A stretch of DNA of 33,633 bases from Catajapyx aquilonaris (lineage: Eukaryota), in assembly GCA_000934665.2 (NCBI GenBank), contig JYFJ02004247.1:1-33633 (forward strand). The letters are read 5' to 3'. Positions 33,527-33,633 of the stretch are shown piece after piece. Under the pieces are notes generated by a model. It made no database searches, was not told where the DNA came from, and saw only the letters and a list, made by a program, of their open reading frames with translations. A program made the translations under genes and the position numbers. The number at the start of each line of letters is the position of its first letter. Position 1 is the stretch's first letter.

Positions 33527-33633
33527 AAAAAGGCGCGAATTTCTGCTCCACGGATAAAGCTGATAGATTGCTCACGTCAGATTGATGAAGGCGTGTTTAA
33601 TCCCTCCCTGCAGCCCCTGCTGGCCAATGAAGG

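Noticed and set aside
1..33633. CRISPR arrays, rRNA, tRNA, known conserved miRNAs, transposase or reverse transcriptase ORFs
   Set aside because: None recognised on reading both strands; a formal Rfam/Dfam/BLASTX search was not possible.

Overview
Eukaryotic, probably invertebrate/arthropod, genomic DNA (roughly 42% GC by eye, CpG not obviously depleted). The only protein-coding gene I can support is the 5' half of a GARNL3-like gene (Rap/Ran-GAP domain-like protein 3) on the minus strand. It has five coding exons (21548-21807, 9554-9623, 5414-5500, 1696-1777, 732-850) joined by canonical GT..AG introns with consistent phases, giving 206 codons; the GAP domain lies beyond the left edge. The rest is intron or upstream non-coding DNA. 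It holds a complete 310-bp non-autonomous Helitron, a 191-bp piggyBac-type MITE with TTAA duplications, scattered Tc1/mariner-like termini, several candidate alternative 5' exons and transcription-factor motif clusters. The most unusual signal is a structure-rich island at about 31.5-32.1 kb: interlocked inverted repeats with pseudoknot/switch topology, a three-way-junction fold and a 10-bp-phased CCGG array. I cannot demonstrate a new biological system from sequence alone. Most ORFs in the supplied track look like chance frames. All expected counts are hand estimates from approximate base composition, and homology statements are from memory, not a database search.
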